A stretch of 64,000 nt of DNA from Microbotryum violaceum (taxonomy: Eukaryota): positions 868,001 through 932,000 of the forward strand of contig CDLV01000016.1 of the NCBI GenBank assembly GCA_001244265.2. The letters run 5' to 3'. Shown one piece after another: positions 37,727-51,216 of this stretch (position 1 is the stretch's first letter; each line of letters begins with the position of its first letter). The notes beneath the pieces were generated by a model, which worked only from the letters and a program-made list of their open reading frames with translations, made no database searches and was not told where the DNA came from. The position numbers and the translations under genes are program-made.

Positions 37727-40242
37727 TCAAGCAGCGATGATCCTAACCCCCCCAAAGGCCTCCCACCCCGCCTTACTCCGCTCCGTAAAACAACCTACGA
37801 AACACCTCGAAAGTGATTCGACGCCGGTCCTTATGACCAACGCATCGACCAATTCGGGACTGAAATTACCCTGCACGAGTAGAAGGTCGATCGTGATCGA
37901 GGGAAAGGATTCGTCGAGAATTTTATAATTCGCTTCGAGTTCGGAGGGGATCGAGTGGATTGATAGGTAACAGTAGACGAGTTTGACGTGGGAAGTTTCT
38001 TCGTTCGAACGGATGTAGGAAACCATGTCGAAGAGTTTATTGACCTGTGGAAACACCAAAAACGACAGGGACCGAGGTTAATCATGTTCTCTGAACGGAG
38101 TCTCTCGATTGGATGAAAGCGCTCACCTCATCAGTCGAAACGAATAGCAATACCGGTCCGGTTCTCAACCTTTTCATCCACCTCACAACACTCTTATCCC
38201 ACCCCCACTTCTTCGTCCACCCAGTCTGATCCACAACCCACCAAACGACCTTCATCCCCCGACTCCTCTTACTCAACACGACCAAACCCAAAATCAACAC
38301 CGTTGCATAAGCGAAGAAGATTGAGTTTGTCCCAGGAGCTATATATAAATTACCTCCTACGAAAGTGAGGGTTAGAGAAAGGGCCAAAAGGTTGAGCCAT
38401 AGGGAGGCCCGAGGTTTTCGAGGGAGGTAAGGCCGATGATAGGAGGCGAGGAGGGACGCAATCGGGTAGAGAGCCATTATGGATAGGAACACGATGGCGA
38501 ATATTCCGGATAAGATGGAGAGACTGGCACCTGTTGAGGCGTAGACGACGAGACAACCGATGCAGAAGAAGTTCAAGGCTACCCAGGGTGCTCCAGTTCG
38601 AGGAAGGCGGAGGAGGAGGAAGCGGGGGAAAAGACCGTCTTCTGCGATGCGGCAGAGCAAGGCATCGGCTGATACGATGCCACTCAAGACCGTTGCGCCC
38701 AAGATGAGCACCGCGTCGATGGAAATCCAGAGGCTGAGCCAACGACCGCTTGCACGCGTGGCGACCGACTTGAGGACGCTGTCGACGCCGAGGATGTCGT
38801 CGAAGGGGAGGACGGCCAAGGTGATGAGCATCAAGGGCGCGTTGATCCACACCGCGATGACTTGGAGCGAGGTCAACACTGTCGGGAAACACCCTTTGCG
38901 GACCGAAGATATGTAGTCCGGCGCGGTCTCAAAGCTGTGCGCCAATTGAGATCCCAAGAATCGTCAGTCTCGATGCCGAAGAAACGATTGCCCGATGGTC
39001 GCTTACCCAGTCACACCGAGGAACGCGACACAGACACCAAGGAAGATTTGCTTCACGACCTGACCTGCACCAACGGCTTGATGTTCAATCCAGTTCGATC
39101 GCAATACTCCGTTACCCTCCTTGGCCCAATGCACAATCCCGAACAAGGCCAACATGGCCAGCGTCAAGAGCTGTGATGCCGCGATTCATCAGTGAGGACT
39201 GGGCTTTTTAACTCGCTAAAGGACAACTGACGCACATGAAATATCAGAATCGCGGTCGTGACCTCTGCTGATCCCTTTACTCCACTCAAAGCGATCAGAG
39301 TGACCGCAATAATGAGGATCACCGTCATCCAAGGCACGTTCCATTCGACTGGAATATACGCTGCTCCCGTCGCGGCTCCAACGACGGCGGTGCATACGTC
39401 GTCGAGGAGGGTCAAGGCGCAGGCTACGATGGCGAAATTTTTCGTTGTGGACGAGTTGAGCATGTAGATGTAGTTGGACCCGTCGATGGGGAACGCGGAA
39501 GCGAGTTCGATCATGATGGGACGCCAAACGGACAAGAGCAAGGTCGCGATCAGAAGAGAGATAGGGGAGCTGAGGGGAGAACCAACTGATCTGAGCAAAG
39601 GTGCGGGAGGTGACGTGTTCCATGCAGAGATACTTACTATATACTCGCGACCCCTACCAGCGTAGGAAAAGCATACAACGGACTGCCCGCCACCGCGACG
39701 CCAGCAACCCCACTCGCCGACCACTTGCCCAAACTGCTCTCGCCATCCCGATCCATCTGAGCGCTCCTCTGCTTGCGAGCTTGTTCGGTCTCGTCGTTCG
39801 TGATCTCGAGGAATTCGACTTGACCCCATCCGACGAAATCGAATTCGCGAATCACCTTGGGGGCATGTTCGGTTGCTTCACCTGGGAGATGTGCGAGGTC
39901 GGGATCGGCTGGGTGGTGCGTGGATTGAGCACCAAGTCCAGGTTGGCGCAAGTATCGAGGCGGCAACTTGAGTTCCCCCTTTCCGGTTCTGGCTCGTTGT
40001 CGTCGTACTATGGTCTCGTACTGCGAGTGCATGTACGATGGCGTCCTGCCGTGACCACCACCTCGAGGGACGGGACTCGATCGTTGAGCCACGAGCTCAA
40101 TATGATCGTCATGCGTTGAAGAGGAGGGGAAACGAGGGAAGTCAAGGGCGGGTGGGGTGTCGACGGGGTCGAGTTCGGGCATTAGGGCTTGGTCGGGATC
40201 TAGTTTAGGATCGAGGGAGGAATCGATCTTGGCTTTGGCCAT
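37727..40242 (-). CDS. APC-superfamily amino acid permease-like transporter
   Basis: LGKWSASGVAGVAVAGSPLYAF, ELASAFPIDGSNYIYMLN, ETAPDY, IDAVLILGATVLSGIV..RIAEDGLFPRFL; many TMs and a cytosolic C-terminal domain. Confidence 0.85.
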
Positions 40243-40937
40243 CGTGGTCGTGGGACCGGTCTACAGAGCGAAGGACGAAGATGTGTGGGAGGCGTGTGAT
40301 CCGAGTTCGACGAGTCCGCGTTCCTTCCACACGATCGGAGGTAGAGTGTTTGGATGTGGTGGTTGTGTTGGGCGTCGGTGCAACCAACTGAGCTACTCCT
40401 AGCCAGTCAGACGAAGATACGCGAGAGGTGGTGGCGCTACTACTTTGACCAAGTTTGAGCTGTACAAGATAAGCTCAAACCGACCACCTCCTTTGACGAT
40501 GGCCGAAACGCTTGAACAACGACTAGACGATGATGATGATGATGATGATTGCCGACGACTCGACGACGAGTGAAAAAGTGGTCGCTGTGCAAAAAGGGGT
40601 AACTCGTCCCGTCTTGCACGCGCCGTCGCGTCAACACTCCACCCACGCCGATCTTTTATGCACTTCCAGAAGCATTTTTCTGCGTTTCCCAACTCATCAA
40701 TCTGATCAAGTTCGAGTTCTGATCAAAAACAAGATATCCGAACTAGATTGGCCGCCTTCAAGGGTCGTCTTTCTTTGTAGACTAGCTGCAATTCAAAATC
40801 TCACTCTGATCAGGGCTGCTCTAAATGAACGGCCCTTCGCGGTGACCACGTGGAGGCATGGATGACCGGTCAATCGCATCGAGCTGCGCCGGCCTCCACT
40901 TGTTACTTGTCAGCGCTGTCAGCTTTCGCCCCGGCGC

Positions 40938-41202
40938 AGGACCCCCGAAAGCCCAGCCTGAGGCGCGTAGGTAAAGAGTGCACAAAATTCTTGGCCCTAG
41001 AAAAGCCAAAATCGCGATTTTTGGTGATGTTGTAGAGCATCTGAAGCACCTCTAGAGCTATTGTGGACGAGCGTAGATGGACTGGACATTCCAAGGACAT
41101 TTTTGGGCGAATACACCAAAAAAGGGTGGACAAATGAGGTCCAAAACCCGGGATTTTGGCGGATTTTACCTACGCGCCTCAGACTGGGCTTTCGGGGGTC
41201 CT
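40938..41202. mobile_element. Inverted-repeat (MITE-like) element, 38-bp arms
   Basis: AGGACCCCCGAAAGCCCAGCCTGAGGCGCGTAGGTAAA (40938-40975) and its reverse complement with one mismatch (41165-41202); no clear TSD. Confidence 0.55.
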
Positions 41203-41203
41203 C

Positions 41204-41270
41204 CCTGCGCCTGTGCCTGCGCCTGTGCCTGCGCCTGTGCCTGCGCCTGTGCCTGCGCCTGTGCCCTGCG
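41204..41270 (+). repeat. (CCTGCGCCTGTG)n tandem repeat
   Basis: About five 12-bp units directly visible. Confidence 0.9.
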
Positions 41271-41444
41271 CTGCCCGGCCAGGCGCTGCCTCACACTCTC
41301 CGTCCCATCGCCACCAGCCGCCGGGTCCGACACTCTTCCACTCTTTGCCCCCCTTCGCCCCCCTTTCCCCTTCCCCTTCCCCCTCCCCCGTCCCCCGTCC
41401 CCCATCCTCCATCCCCACCCGCCTCCCCACCCGGCAACCGAAAG

Positions 41445-44400
41445 ATGCTCACCACCACCACACCCTGGTGGTCGCCCGTCTGTTCGGGCGCACCCTTCTC
41501 CGCGGACGACTGGGATCTGTCCCCCTGCGTCGAGTCGGAGCTGAGCATCATCCCCGTGCTCTTGCTCGTCCTGATCGGAGCCATCGCCTTTCCTCGTCTG
41601 TGGAGACTCTACCGAGCGGGGGAGAGGTACGAACGAGGTGGAAAGCCCGCATACGCTCTCAAGCAGGTGCGTGATGGGTCGTCGTTCTCGGCTACTTTTG
41701 GCTACTTTTGAATCTGCTGACTCGGATCTGTGCTCGGTTATTTCCAATCGCCTCGTGGATGTGCGCTCTCACTCCCGCCCTCTGCGCCGATCGCGCTCGG
41801 GCAACAGCTCCTAGCCACTGTCCTGATCGGTGTCCAAGTCGTCTACATCGTCGTGCTCGCACTGCACCACACCCATGACCGTACTCGCAAGATCAAAATC
41901 GCGTTCGGCCTCGTCGGCCTACTCGCCCACGTTAGTTCTCATCCGCGTCCGATCGTCCGATCGCAGAGCCAGGGGCTGACTCCGACCAGTGACCCTTTTC
42001 CGTACTCAGATCTTTGCGCTCGTCTTGGCCAAGGTGTCGCATCCTCTACTACCGCATTCATCGACGCCGATCCTCTGCTTTACCCTCACCTCGTTGATCC
42101 TACAACTCGTCGTCCTGCGCACAACCTTGCTGCTCGATGGTCGACCGTCGCACTACCACTCCTCAACCAAGTTGGCGCTCTTTGTCCTCTTGATTCTCAG
42201 AATCGTCTTTCTCGCATCATGGTTTGGCGTCGAGCTCTTGGGTCCAAACGGATGGGAAGGCATGACCTGGCGCGACTTTGTTCCCTTTGCTGGATCGAGC
42301 CAGGGGCGAATTCGGTTGACCGAACAAGGTGACCAAGAGACGACTCGCGAGGCGCACGAGACGAACGATCACGAGAGAGAGTGGAAGCAAATCGAATGCC
42401 CGAGATTGAGGGCCAATATCTTTCAGAGGTTGACGTTCTCTTGGATGACGCCCATGATGAAGGCCGGCTATCACACCTTTTTAACCGAGGAGGATTTGTG
42501 GGCTCTGCCTGTGAGTTATGTATGGGCAGTGGGCAATTTTGGAGAGGGGCATTGAACTGGCTTTTTCGATCACCACTTAAAAAGCCCGACGACACGGCCG
42601 AAGCCCTGGGCGGCAAGCTTGAAACGGCATGGAAGAAGCGTTGCAAGACCGCCTCGGAAAAGACAGCCGCCAAATTCAACAACGACAAGAACAAGCCCGT
42701 CAAGCCCTCGCTCGCCGGTGCCTTGATCGCTTCGTACGGTGGACCCTTCTTCTCCGCCGCGCTCTTCAAGTTCCTCCAGGACACACTCTCCTTCACCCAG
42801 CCTCAACTCTTGCGTCGCTTGTTGCGCTTCGTCGAGACCTACAAGACCGATACGCCTGAACCCGCCTTCCACGGTTACATCATCGCCTTGGGCATGTTCG
42901 TCTGTGCTGTCGCCCAAACGAGTTTGTTGCACTGCTACTTTGCTCGTGTATTCGAAACGGGCATGCGCGTTCGAGCAGGCTTGGTCTCCCTCATTTACAA
43001 AAAGTCGTTGGTGCTTTCGAATGATGAGCGGGGTGGAAGATCGACGGGTGATATTGTCAATTTGATGAGCACAGATGCGACGAGGTTGCAGGACTTTACG
43101 ACGTATGGTCAGATCGCTTGGAGTGGGGTGTACCAAATGACGCTTGCGTTCATCAGCTTGTACCAACTCTTGGGTCAGTCCATGCGGGATGCAAAGACGA
43201 GGGCTGAGTCAAGGCAGGCAATGCTTACTTTGGTGACATGTCTGACCTCACAGGATTCACCATGCTCGTCGGTGTCGCCGTGATGGTCCTCAGCATGCCC
43301 TTGACCGCCTCAATCGCGAGGTACCAAACCAAGTTGCAGCGCCAGCAGATGAAGAACAAGGACAAGCGCACGTCCATCATGTCCGAGATCCTCAATAACA
43401 TCAGATCGATCAAGCTGTATGCGTGGGAGGACTCTTTTGCGGCCAAGTTGTTTGATGTGCGCAATAATCGCGAGCTGGTGCAGTTGCGCAAGATGGTGAG
43501 CATTTCAAGACCGAGCAAGTGTAAATTAAGAACTACAAGAGCTGACCACGCTTCGGATGTCTGGCAGGGATACCTCTCTTCGGCTTCGACCTGCCTCTGG
43601 TCCTTCACACCCTTTCTCGTCGCCTTTTCATCGTTTTCGCTTTTCTCGACCATCTCCGGCAAGCCCTTGACGGCCGAGATCGTCTTCCCCGCCATCACGC
43701 TCTTCTCCCTGCTCGGTTTCCCGCTCGCGGTCCTCCCCGTCGTCTTCTCCTCCATGGTTGAGGCCTACGTCTCAGTCGGTCGATTGCGCGACTTCTTGAC
43801 CGGCAAAGAACTTCAAGACGGTGCGGTCAAGATCGAGAACTTGTCGCGTTCGCGTACGTTCCAAACCGGTGACGAACTCGTTTCGGTCGTTCACGGCGAA
43901 TTTGCGTGGAACTCCAAATCGTCGACCGAATCGATCTTGTCCGACATCAACCTCAGCGTCAAGAAGGGCGAGGTGCTCGCCGTCGTAGGTCGCGTTGGAT
44001 CGGGCAAGTCCTCGCTCTTGTCCGCAATCCTGGGTGAAATGACCAAGATCGATGGTTCCGTCACCGTGCGCGGAACGGTCGCTTATTGCGCTCAACAACC
44101 TTGGATCATGGGCGGTTCGGTTCGTAGCAACATCGTCTTTGGCCACAAGTTCGAACAGGACTTTTACGACGTCGTTATCGCCGCTTGTGCGCTCAAGGAG
44201 GATCTGGCGATCTTGCCTCAAGGTGACGAGACCGAGGTCGGGGAGAAGGGGATCTCGTTATCGGGTGGTCAAAAGGCGCGAGTGGCGCTCGCTCGTGCCG
44301 TCTACGCCCGTGCGGACGTTTACCTCCTCGACGACCCTCTCTCCGCCGTCGATGCCCACGTGGCCAAACATCTATTCGACAAGGTGCTCGGTCCTTCCGG

Positions 44401-46671
44401 TTTGTTGTCCCAGAAAGCTCGTTTGTTGTGCACGAACGCGATTCCGTTCTGCCAAGAAGCCGACGAACTCGTCTTTTTGCGTCGTGGGATCATCCTCGAA
44501 CGAGGGACGTACGCCTCGGCGATTCAAGGTGATACGGAACTATCGAGGCTTTTGATCGATTTTGGCAAACAGAATCAAGATGATGAGGAAGGTGAAGGAT
44601 CGGGAAGTGAGGATACGGCAGTTGAAGAACCCAAGAAGCACGAATTGACGGAACTTTCAACCGAGTTGAAACGCAAGGCCACGGAAGCTCTTAGTCATCG
44701 GGCGGAACCTGTTCCGGTGTTGGAACAGAAACGCGAGACGTTGCGCTTGTTGAAGCGCTCTACCAGGCCCAAGGAGAAGAGGGAACAGGGCGCGGTCAAG
44801 GCCAGCGTTTACAAGGAATACATCAAGGCCAATGGGTACCTTGGAGTGGGCTTGTACATGTCCACGATCGTGCTTCAACAGATTCTACAGATCGGGACCA
44901 ACGTTTGGCTCAAGAACTGGGCCCAACATAATTCCGAAACGGGCGAGAACGGCAATTTGACCTGGTACCTCGGCATCTACGCCGTCTTTGGCGTCGGCGC
45001 CAGTTTGGCATATCTGTTGAACGGGTTGTTGTTGTACTCGTTCTGCGTCGTAAGGGCCGCCAAGTTGATGCATGATCGTATGTTCAATGCGGTGATGAGG
45101 TCACCGATGTTGTTTTTTGAGACGACGCCGTTGGGCACGATCTTGAATAGGTTTTCGCGAGGTGAGCACTTGCGGCAGGGCGCTGGCATACGCTGGAGCC
45201 GACTGACAGGACTTCGTGCGATTTTGCTACTGCAGATGTCTATGTCGTCGACGAGGTCCTCGCGCGTGTCTTTGGTGGCTTCTTCCGTACGGCCGCGAGT
45301 GTGATTGGCATGGTCGCCGTCATCTCGACCGCCGCCCCGGCGTTCCTCTTCATCCTCGTCCCGATCGGTTTCATCTACAAGCGCGTACAGACGTATTACC
45401 TCGCTACCTCGCGCGAGTTGAAACGTCTCGACGCGACGACCAAATCCCCGATCTTTGCTTCCTTCCAAGAGACCTTGGGCGGTGTCGCGACCATTCGTGC
45501 CTACCGTCAATCGGCGCGCTTCATCGCCGAGAACGAGGCCCGCGTCGATCGAAACCAGGAGGCCTACTTCCCTTCAATTAATTGTAATCGCTGGCTCGCT
45601 GTACGCCTCGAGTTCTTGGGTTCCAACATCATCTTCTTCACCGCTCTGTTGTGCGTCATCGCGCTCGTTCGTAATCGCAACGTGGACGCGGGGTTGATTG
45701 GAATCGCGTTGTCGTACGCTCTGTCGACGACCCAAACGCTCAACTGGATCGTTCGTTCCGCGACCGAGGTCGAGACGAACATCGTCTCCGTCGAGCGCGT
45801 GCAAGAGTACATCGAACTCAAGCCCGAAGCGCCTCTGTACATCCAAAATACCGAACCCGACGCCTCGTGGCCCCAATCAGGTTCATTGAAGTACGACCAC
45901 GTCGCTGCTCGGTACCGCGAGAACCTCGATCTCGTCCTTCGTGACGTCTCGTTCGAGATCAAGGGTGGGGAGAAAGTTGGCGTGTGCGGTCGAACGGGTT
46001 CGGGCAAGTCGACGTTGACGATGGTTTTATACCGCGTGATCGAGGCCGAACAAGGTGTCGTCTCCATCGACGGTGTGGACGTTTCCAAAATCGGCTTACA
46101 TTGCCTCCGTTCGAGGATGAGCATCATCCCTCAGGACTCGCAATGCTTCGAAGGTAACTTGAGGGAGAACCTTGACCCCGCTGGTAAAAGCAGTGATAGT
46201 CAACTATGGGCGGCGTTGGAACAATGCCGACTGAAGGAACACGTCGAATCGATGGAGGGTAAACTCGAAGCGCACATCGACGAGGGAGGAAGTAACTTTT
46301 CTTCTGGACAGAGGCAATTGTTATGCCTCGGTCGTGCTTTATTACGCAAGAGCAAGATCCTCGTTTTGGATGAAGCGACTGCCGCCGTCGATCCTGAATC
46401 CGATCAAGAGATTCAATCCGTCATTCGACGTGAATTCGCCGATTGCACCATCTTCGTCATCGCTCATCGTCTCAATACCATCTTGGATTGTAACAAGATC
46501 ATTTGTATGGACGCCGGTAGGGTCGCAGAGTTCGATACGCCCGCGAATCTGTTGGCGGATCAGAGTTCGATGTTTTATTCGTTGGCGAATGAGGCGGGGG
46601 TGATTAAAGGGAGTAGAAGCGGGAGTGCGACGCCTAGGTCCGGGACGAGGACGCCGGTGAGGAAAGATTAG
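41445..46671 (+). CDS. YCF1: ABCC/MRP transporter, Ycf1-like (glutathione S-conjugate pump family)
   Basis: TMD0 and linker (ANIFQRLTFSWMTPMM); NBD1 GRVGSGKSS, LSGGQKARVALARAVY, YLLDDPLSAVDAHV; NBD2 GRTGSGKST, FSSGQRQLLCLGRA, ILVLDEATAAVD. Confidence 0.9.
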
Positions 46672-47360
46672 AGGGGGGGGGGGATTAAAAAGGTGGAGTG
46701 TGAGAAGGATGGTGTGTGGCGAGTGAGTGCATGAGCAGTGCGGGGTCATTTTACTGACTCCGTTAGAATCAACCTGAGCCTTTCGAATGCAATCGAATCG
46801 CAAAACGTGTAGAATTTTGTATTAGCTCACGTGCCACTTTGAACTCTTTAGGATGGGTCTGTTGGGAAAACGATGTCTCCTAACGACGCTTCTGGTCTCG
46901 GATGAAGCGGATTAATAAGCTGCCGACTACGCGCTACGCCTTGTGCCCTTGCGGCCTTGCGGCTTAGGTAACCTAAGGAGGTTTTACTCCCTCCCGACCT
47001 TTGGACAGCGAGAAATGAATCCCTACATCATGTTCAAGGTGTCCAAAATCTTCCAAACGTAGTTCGCAATGTTATTCTAGCTCGTGAGTACCATGAACTG
47101 TCTGTAGAGTAGCTATTGAACAATCCAAAACCGTCGACATAAAGCCCGGCCGACATCAGCCACAAGCCTCGATCAACCTCAAGGAGAGAGCGCGCTACGG
47201 GACCGCTTCGTCTCTGATCGAGTCTCGAGAGGAGATAGTGTGCTCGATCCTTTCTTCACCTCATCCCCTTGTTTCATCGGGCGATCTGGGGGTCAGGGGA
47301 ACCACCTAGTGATAGGAGCGAGACGAGGATTAACGCCGATATCAGCTGGTCAGGTTCGTG

Positions 47361-50300
47361 ATGAGTTTGGCCGCGAGCGGTGGATCACCCCTATTCACTC
47401 ACTCAGCAAGCAGCAGTAGCATCGATCGTGCCGAGGCGAGTACTTCATCTTCCGCTCTATCAAATCAGCATGGGAAGAAGCGTCCTAGGGCAAGTACGTC
47501 CAAGGTGCCGCAAGAACCGACTCCTCGGCATCCACATCACCAACAGCAGCAACAGCAACGCGCGAGTTCGGGCGGGCACGATGAGGACGAAATGATGGCT
47601 GATGGAGGTGAGGAGGAGGAGAATATACGCAAGAAAAGACTGGCACTTTCTTGTAAGTTGATGTGGGGCATACGGTATTCTAGCTTCTATTCTCGTTGAC
47701 CGGGTCTTCGTGCGGTGGGCAGGCTCCGAGTGCCAGCGCCGAAAGATCAAATGTGTGAGTCTGATCTCCGAGACGTAATAAGGGAATTTCACTGACTCGT
47801 TTTCCTCTTTCGCTCTCAGGACCGAAAACAACCTTGTTCGGCGTGCATCCGACGCAAAGTCGCGCACAACTGCAATTGGGACGACGACCCGGACTCATCG
47901 GGACAATTCGCGCTCAACTCGGACGTGCGACACATTCATCGTCGCTTGGCTCATTTGGAATCTTTGGTCCAAGGGTTTCACCCTGAAGCTGTGCTGTTAC
48001 CGAATTTGAATGATTCTACCAGTGCGGCTACGATGATTCCAGGGGCTGCGATGGATTCACAAGGGAGAGCGGCGACAAATCCTTTGACCTCGGAACCGAA
48101 ATCACCCCGAACCTCGAGACGCCCGTCGCAAGCCATACGCGAATCGGATGTGCAACACCGATCCGAACAAACGGCACGTCAAAACGAAGATCAAGAAACT
48201 CGTCAGGATCCCCATTCCGATACCGAGGATGCGGTCGCCGATCTCGAATCCGTCGCATTTGGCGCCCGAGTCCCCGTCCTGCAAGCCGTCAACGCCGCCG
48301 CAGAAATGAACGCCAGTCGACCCGTCCAATCCCGCATCGGAATCGAACTGACAAGCGCTTTAACGAGCATACTCGCGGAACCGTTGTCGTACGACCAGGA
48401 TGGGCGTCCTAGGAGCGCGGTGAGGTTGGGTTTGGATCTAGCGGTGCCGACGAAGCAGTTGCCCGATGCGAGAAGTGAAGCGATGGCGCAGATCTTTGCG
48501 GTTTTGCCCGGGAAGGAGATCGCGAGGTTCTTGGTTGACAAATATTTTGATGAGGTATGTTACCTTTTCATCCTCCGTCAGTACTGGTGCTGATGTATGC
48601 TGTTGCATCGCTCAGATGGAGTGGGATTTTCGCATTCTCGACCCCGTCGCTTTCCCCATCGAGCACGAACGCTATGTCGAGATGATCGCGGAGGGGAGGG
48701 AAGACTTGATCGACCCACTCTGGGTCGCGGTCTTTTGTATGGCAAGTCTACTGGGCTTTCTAGCATGTCGTAAAGCCCGCCAAAGCTAAGTCGTAATCCT
48801 CGGGCTACTTGCCGCAGGTTCTCGCATTGTCTTTGGAAGGGTTTTGGTCTCGCTCGAATGGCAAAAAGGATCTCTCGCTCTTTCATGGTCTGACCGAACG
48901 GGAATTGCAAGACCTACCTTCCGTCTTTCATGATGCGTCGTTACGGGCTCTACAGCTCGGTGAATGGGGTGGTACACCGAGGATCCGCACGATCCAGACC
49001 ATCATCCTCTTTGGGCAGTACATCCAGCTCTCGTCGCAATCGGGTCAGCAAGGCCGGTTTCTTGGTTGGGCCGCAAGTGGGATTAGGATCGCCCAACGCA
49101 TGGGACTACATCGGCTCGGGTCCAATTCTCGCACAATGCCACCCGACGATCCTGCCCTTCCCCCTGGTGTCAACTCGCTCAAGCGCGAGACAGCCGTTCG
49201 AGTGTTCAATTACCTCGTCCTCATCGATTCGTTCCTCAGCGATTCGGCCGTCTTCAGATGCTACATCCTTCATCCGTCACAGTACAACACGTGTCGACCT
49301 CTAAACCTGAACTTTGACGATCTGTCAAGAACCGAATGGAGGACCATCACCCCTCCCCCGAATCACGTCTACACCGATGCGAGCTTTGAGATCGCGCAAT
49401 GCGAGTTGGGGGCTCAAGTCCGTCGAGCGCTGGACGAGTTGGTCCTTTCGGGGAAACCTTTCTCGTACTCGGCCGTCATGGAGCAGGATGCTCTGTTCCG
49501 TGGTGTGCTTGAGGGACTGCCAGACGTGCTGTCGACAGCGAACCCTCCCGTCGAGTCGGTGCGGATCCGGTATCAGAGGTCGCTGTTGCACGAAGACGTC
49601 TACGCCCGACTGGTTCGCCTGCATCGACCGTTCCTCTTGCGTGGGTACGTCCCGACCTCGCCTTACCGCTACTCAACGAGTTCGTGCGTCGACGCATCAA
49701 GATCCATCATCCGATCCAACTATGACCTCCTGAGCATCACAGGCTCCTTGTGGTGGATGTTCACCTCTTCGATGCGCGCCACGATCGTGTGCTTCATGGA
49801 TCTCTTTCATGCGATCGATACCGATCGACCCGAAGTTGAGATCAAGGAGAAAGGAGCGGTGTTGATGCAAGCTTCCTTCATCTTTGCGACTCAGGTTCAT
49901 TCGCCTGCGCTTCAGGCGGTCGTGGAACAAGGTCGGCGAATCCTGAATGGCCTTTTCGCAGCGGAGGAGAATCGACGAACGACATTGGCGGCGCATACAC
50001 TCACAGGAGGTGGAGTCACTCCTGCCCAGGAAACCTTTGCGCAGGTGTTAAAGAGGGTCTCTACCGAAATCTCAAGGGAGGAAAGGGCAAAGTTTGCAGC
50101 TGCGTCGAACCAACTCCCTCCTTCACCTTTCCCACCTCCTTCTTCCGCCTCGTCTTCAGCGACCTCGCCGCCGTTCGTCAAGCATCAATTGGCGTACGGA
50201 ACGCCTGCTGCAGGTCCAGGGGCGTTCGAGTATTGGAGCTCGATGAAACCCGTCAACTCCAACTTCCCCAACAATCAACAACAAGGAGGCAACTCCGCCT

Positions 50301-50515
50301 CTTCTTCACTGAGCAGCTACGCCCCCACACCGACGACTTTCCCCCTCGTCGGAGGACCGGTGGGTACGAGTTCAGCGACGGCGATCAATGGTCAAGATTT
50401 TGCGAGCTTTTTCGAGACGTTGGCGAGTGAAGATTGGGCCAATGCTGCAGGTTTGAATGGGAGTGATGGCGGCCAGGAGAGTGGGCTTTTGGGACAAATG
50501 GCGGCAACTTGGTGA
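47361..50515 (+). CDS. Zn(II)2Cys6 transcription factor with fungal-specific middle homology region
   Basis: Spliced RKKRLALSC-SECQRRKIKC-DRKQPCSACIRRKVAHNC, GIRIAQRMGLHRLG, RLHRPF; includes a GC-AG intron. Confidence 0.9.
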
Positions 50516-51216
50516 GCGGATGGGTGGGTGGGTGAGGCATTTTTGCATTCCATCCAGGATGGGTTGGGAAGGGGGAGTTTTGAGTTTTGTGATTTTTCGA
50601 ATTACCTTCATGTTGTTGGGAATACAAAAGACGTGGCTTTTTGTGTAGACGTCGGTTTAGTGTTTTAGTAAGCAATGGTTATAGAATGAGGACCCGTTCG
50701 CTCAAATGGGCAAAGGACGAAATCCGGATCCTCGAGCTGAGCCGACGGGGAGCGGCTTTCGTAGCACCTCTGCGATAAGATAACCTTCTCGAGCAACTTG
50801 AAGCTATCGTTTCCTGACTTTTGCAACTCACCCTTGGACGGTCCATAATTAAAGGTGAACTAGAAAACCTGCGTGGCGGCGTCGGCCGGAATTCGGGGTC
50901 GTCCCGAATCAAAAATAGACGAGTGGGATCCCCGAAGGGTTACCAACCGCCTTGCGTAGGGTGTAAAGGTTGGGAATTTGTCATGAACCCTCCCTCTTCC
51001 CCCGGCTGTCGGATATCGGATGGCCGCGCGCGCACCGAAGAAAGCCGGTGGATGGATCGGAAGCTCGCCGAGGGGCCTTGTGGTGCCCGAGAAGGATTGC
51101 TCAAAGTTAATGAAGCTCGAAGGTTGAAGCTGATTGTCGAGTGTGTGGCCTGCCACTCGTTTCGTTCATCCGCTCTGTACATGATCTCATCTCAACCCTA
51201 GCACTCGAGTTCCATC

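Noticed and set aside
41061-41747. ORFs with CACACA/APVPAP/AQAQ repeats
   Set aside because: Translations of the promoter tandem repeat; the ABCC start is at 41445.
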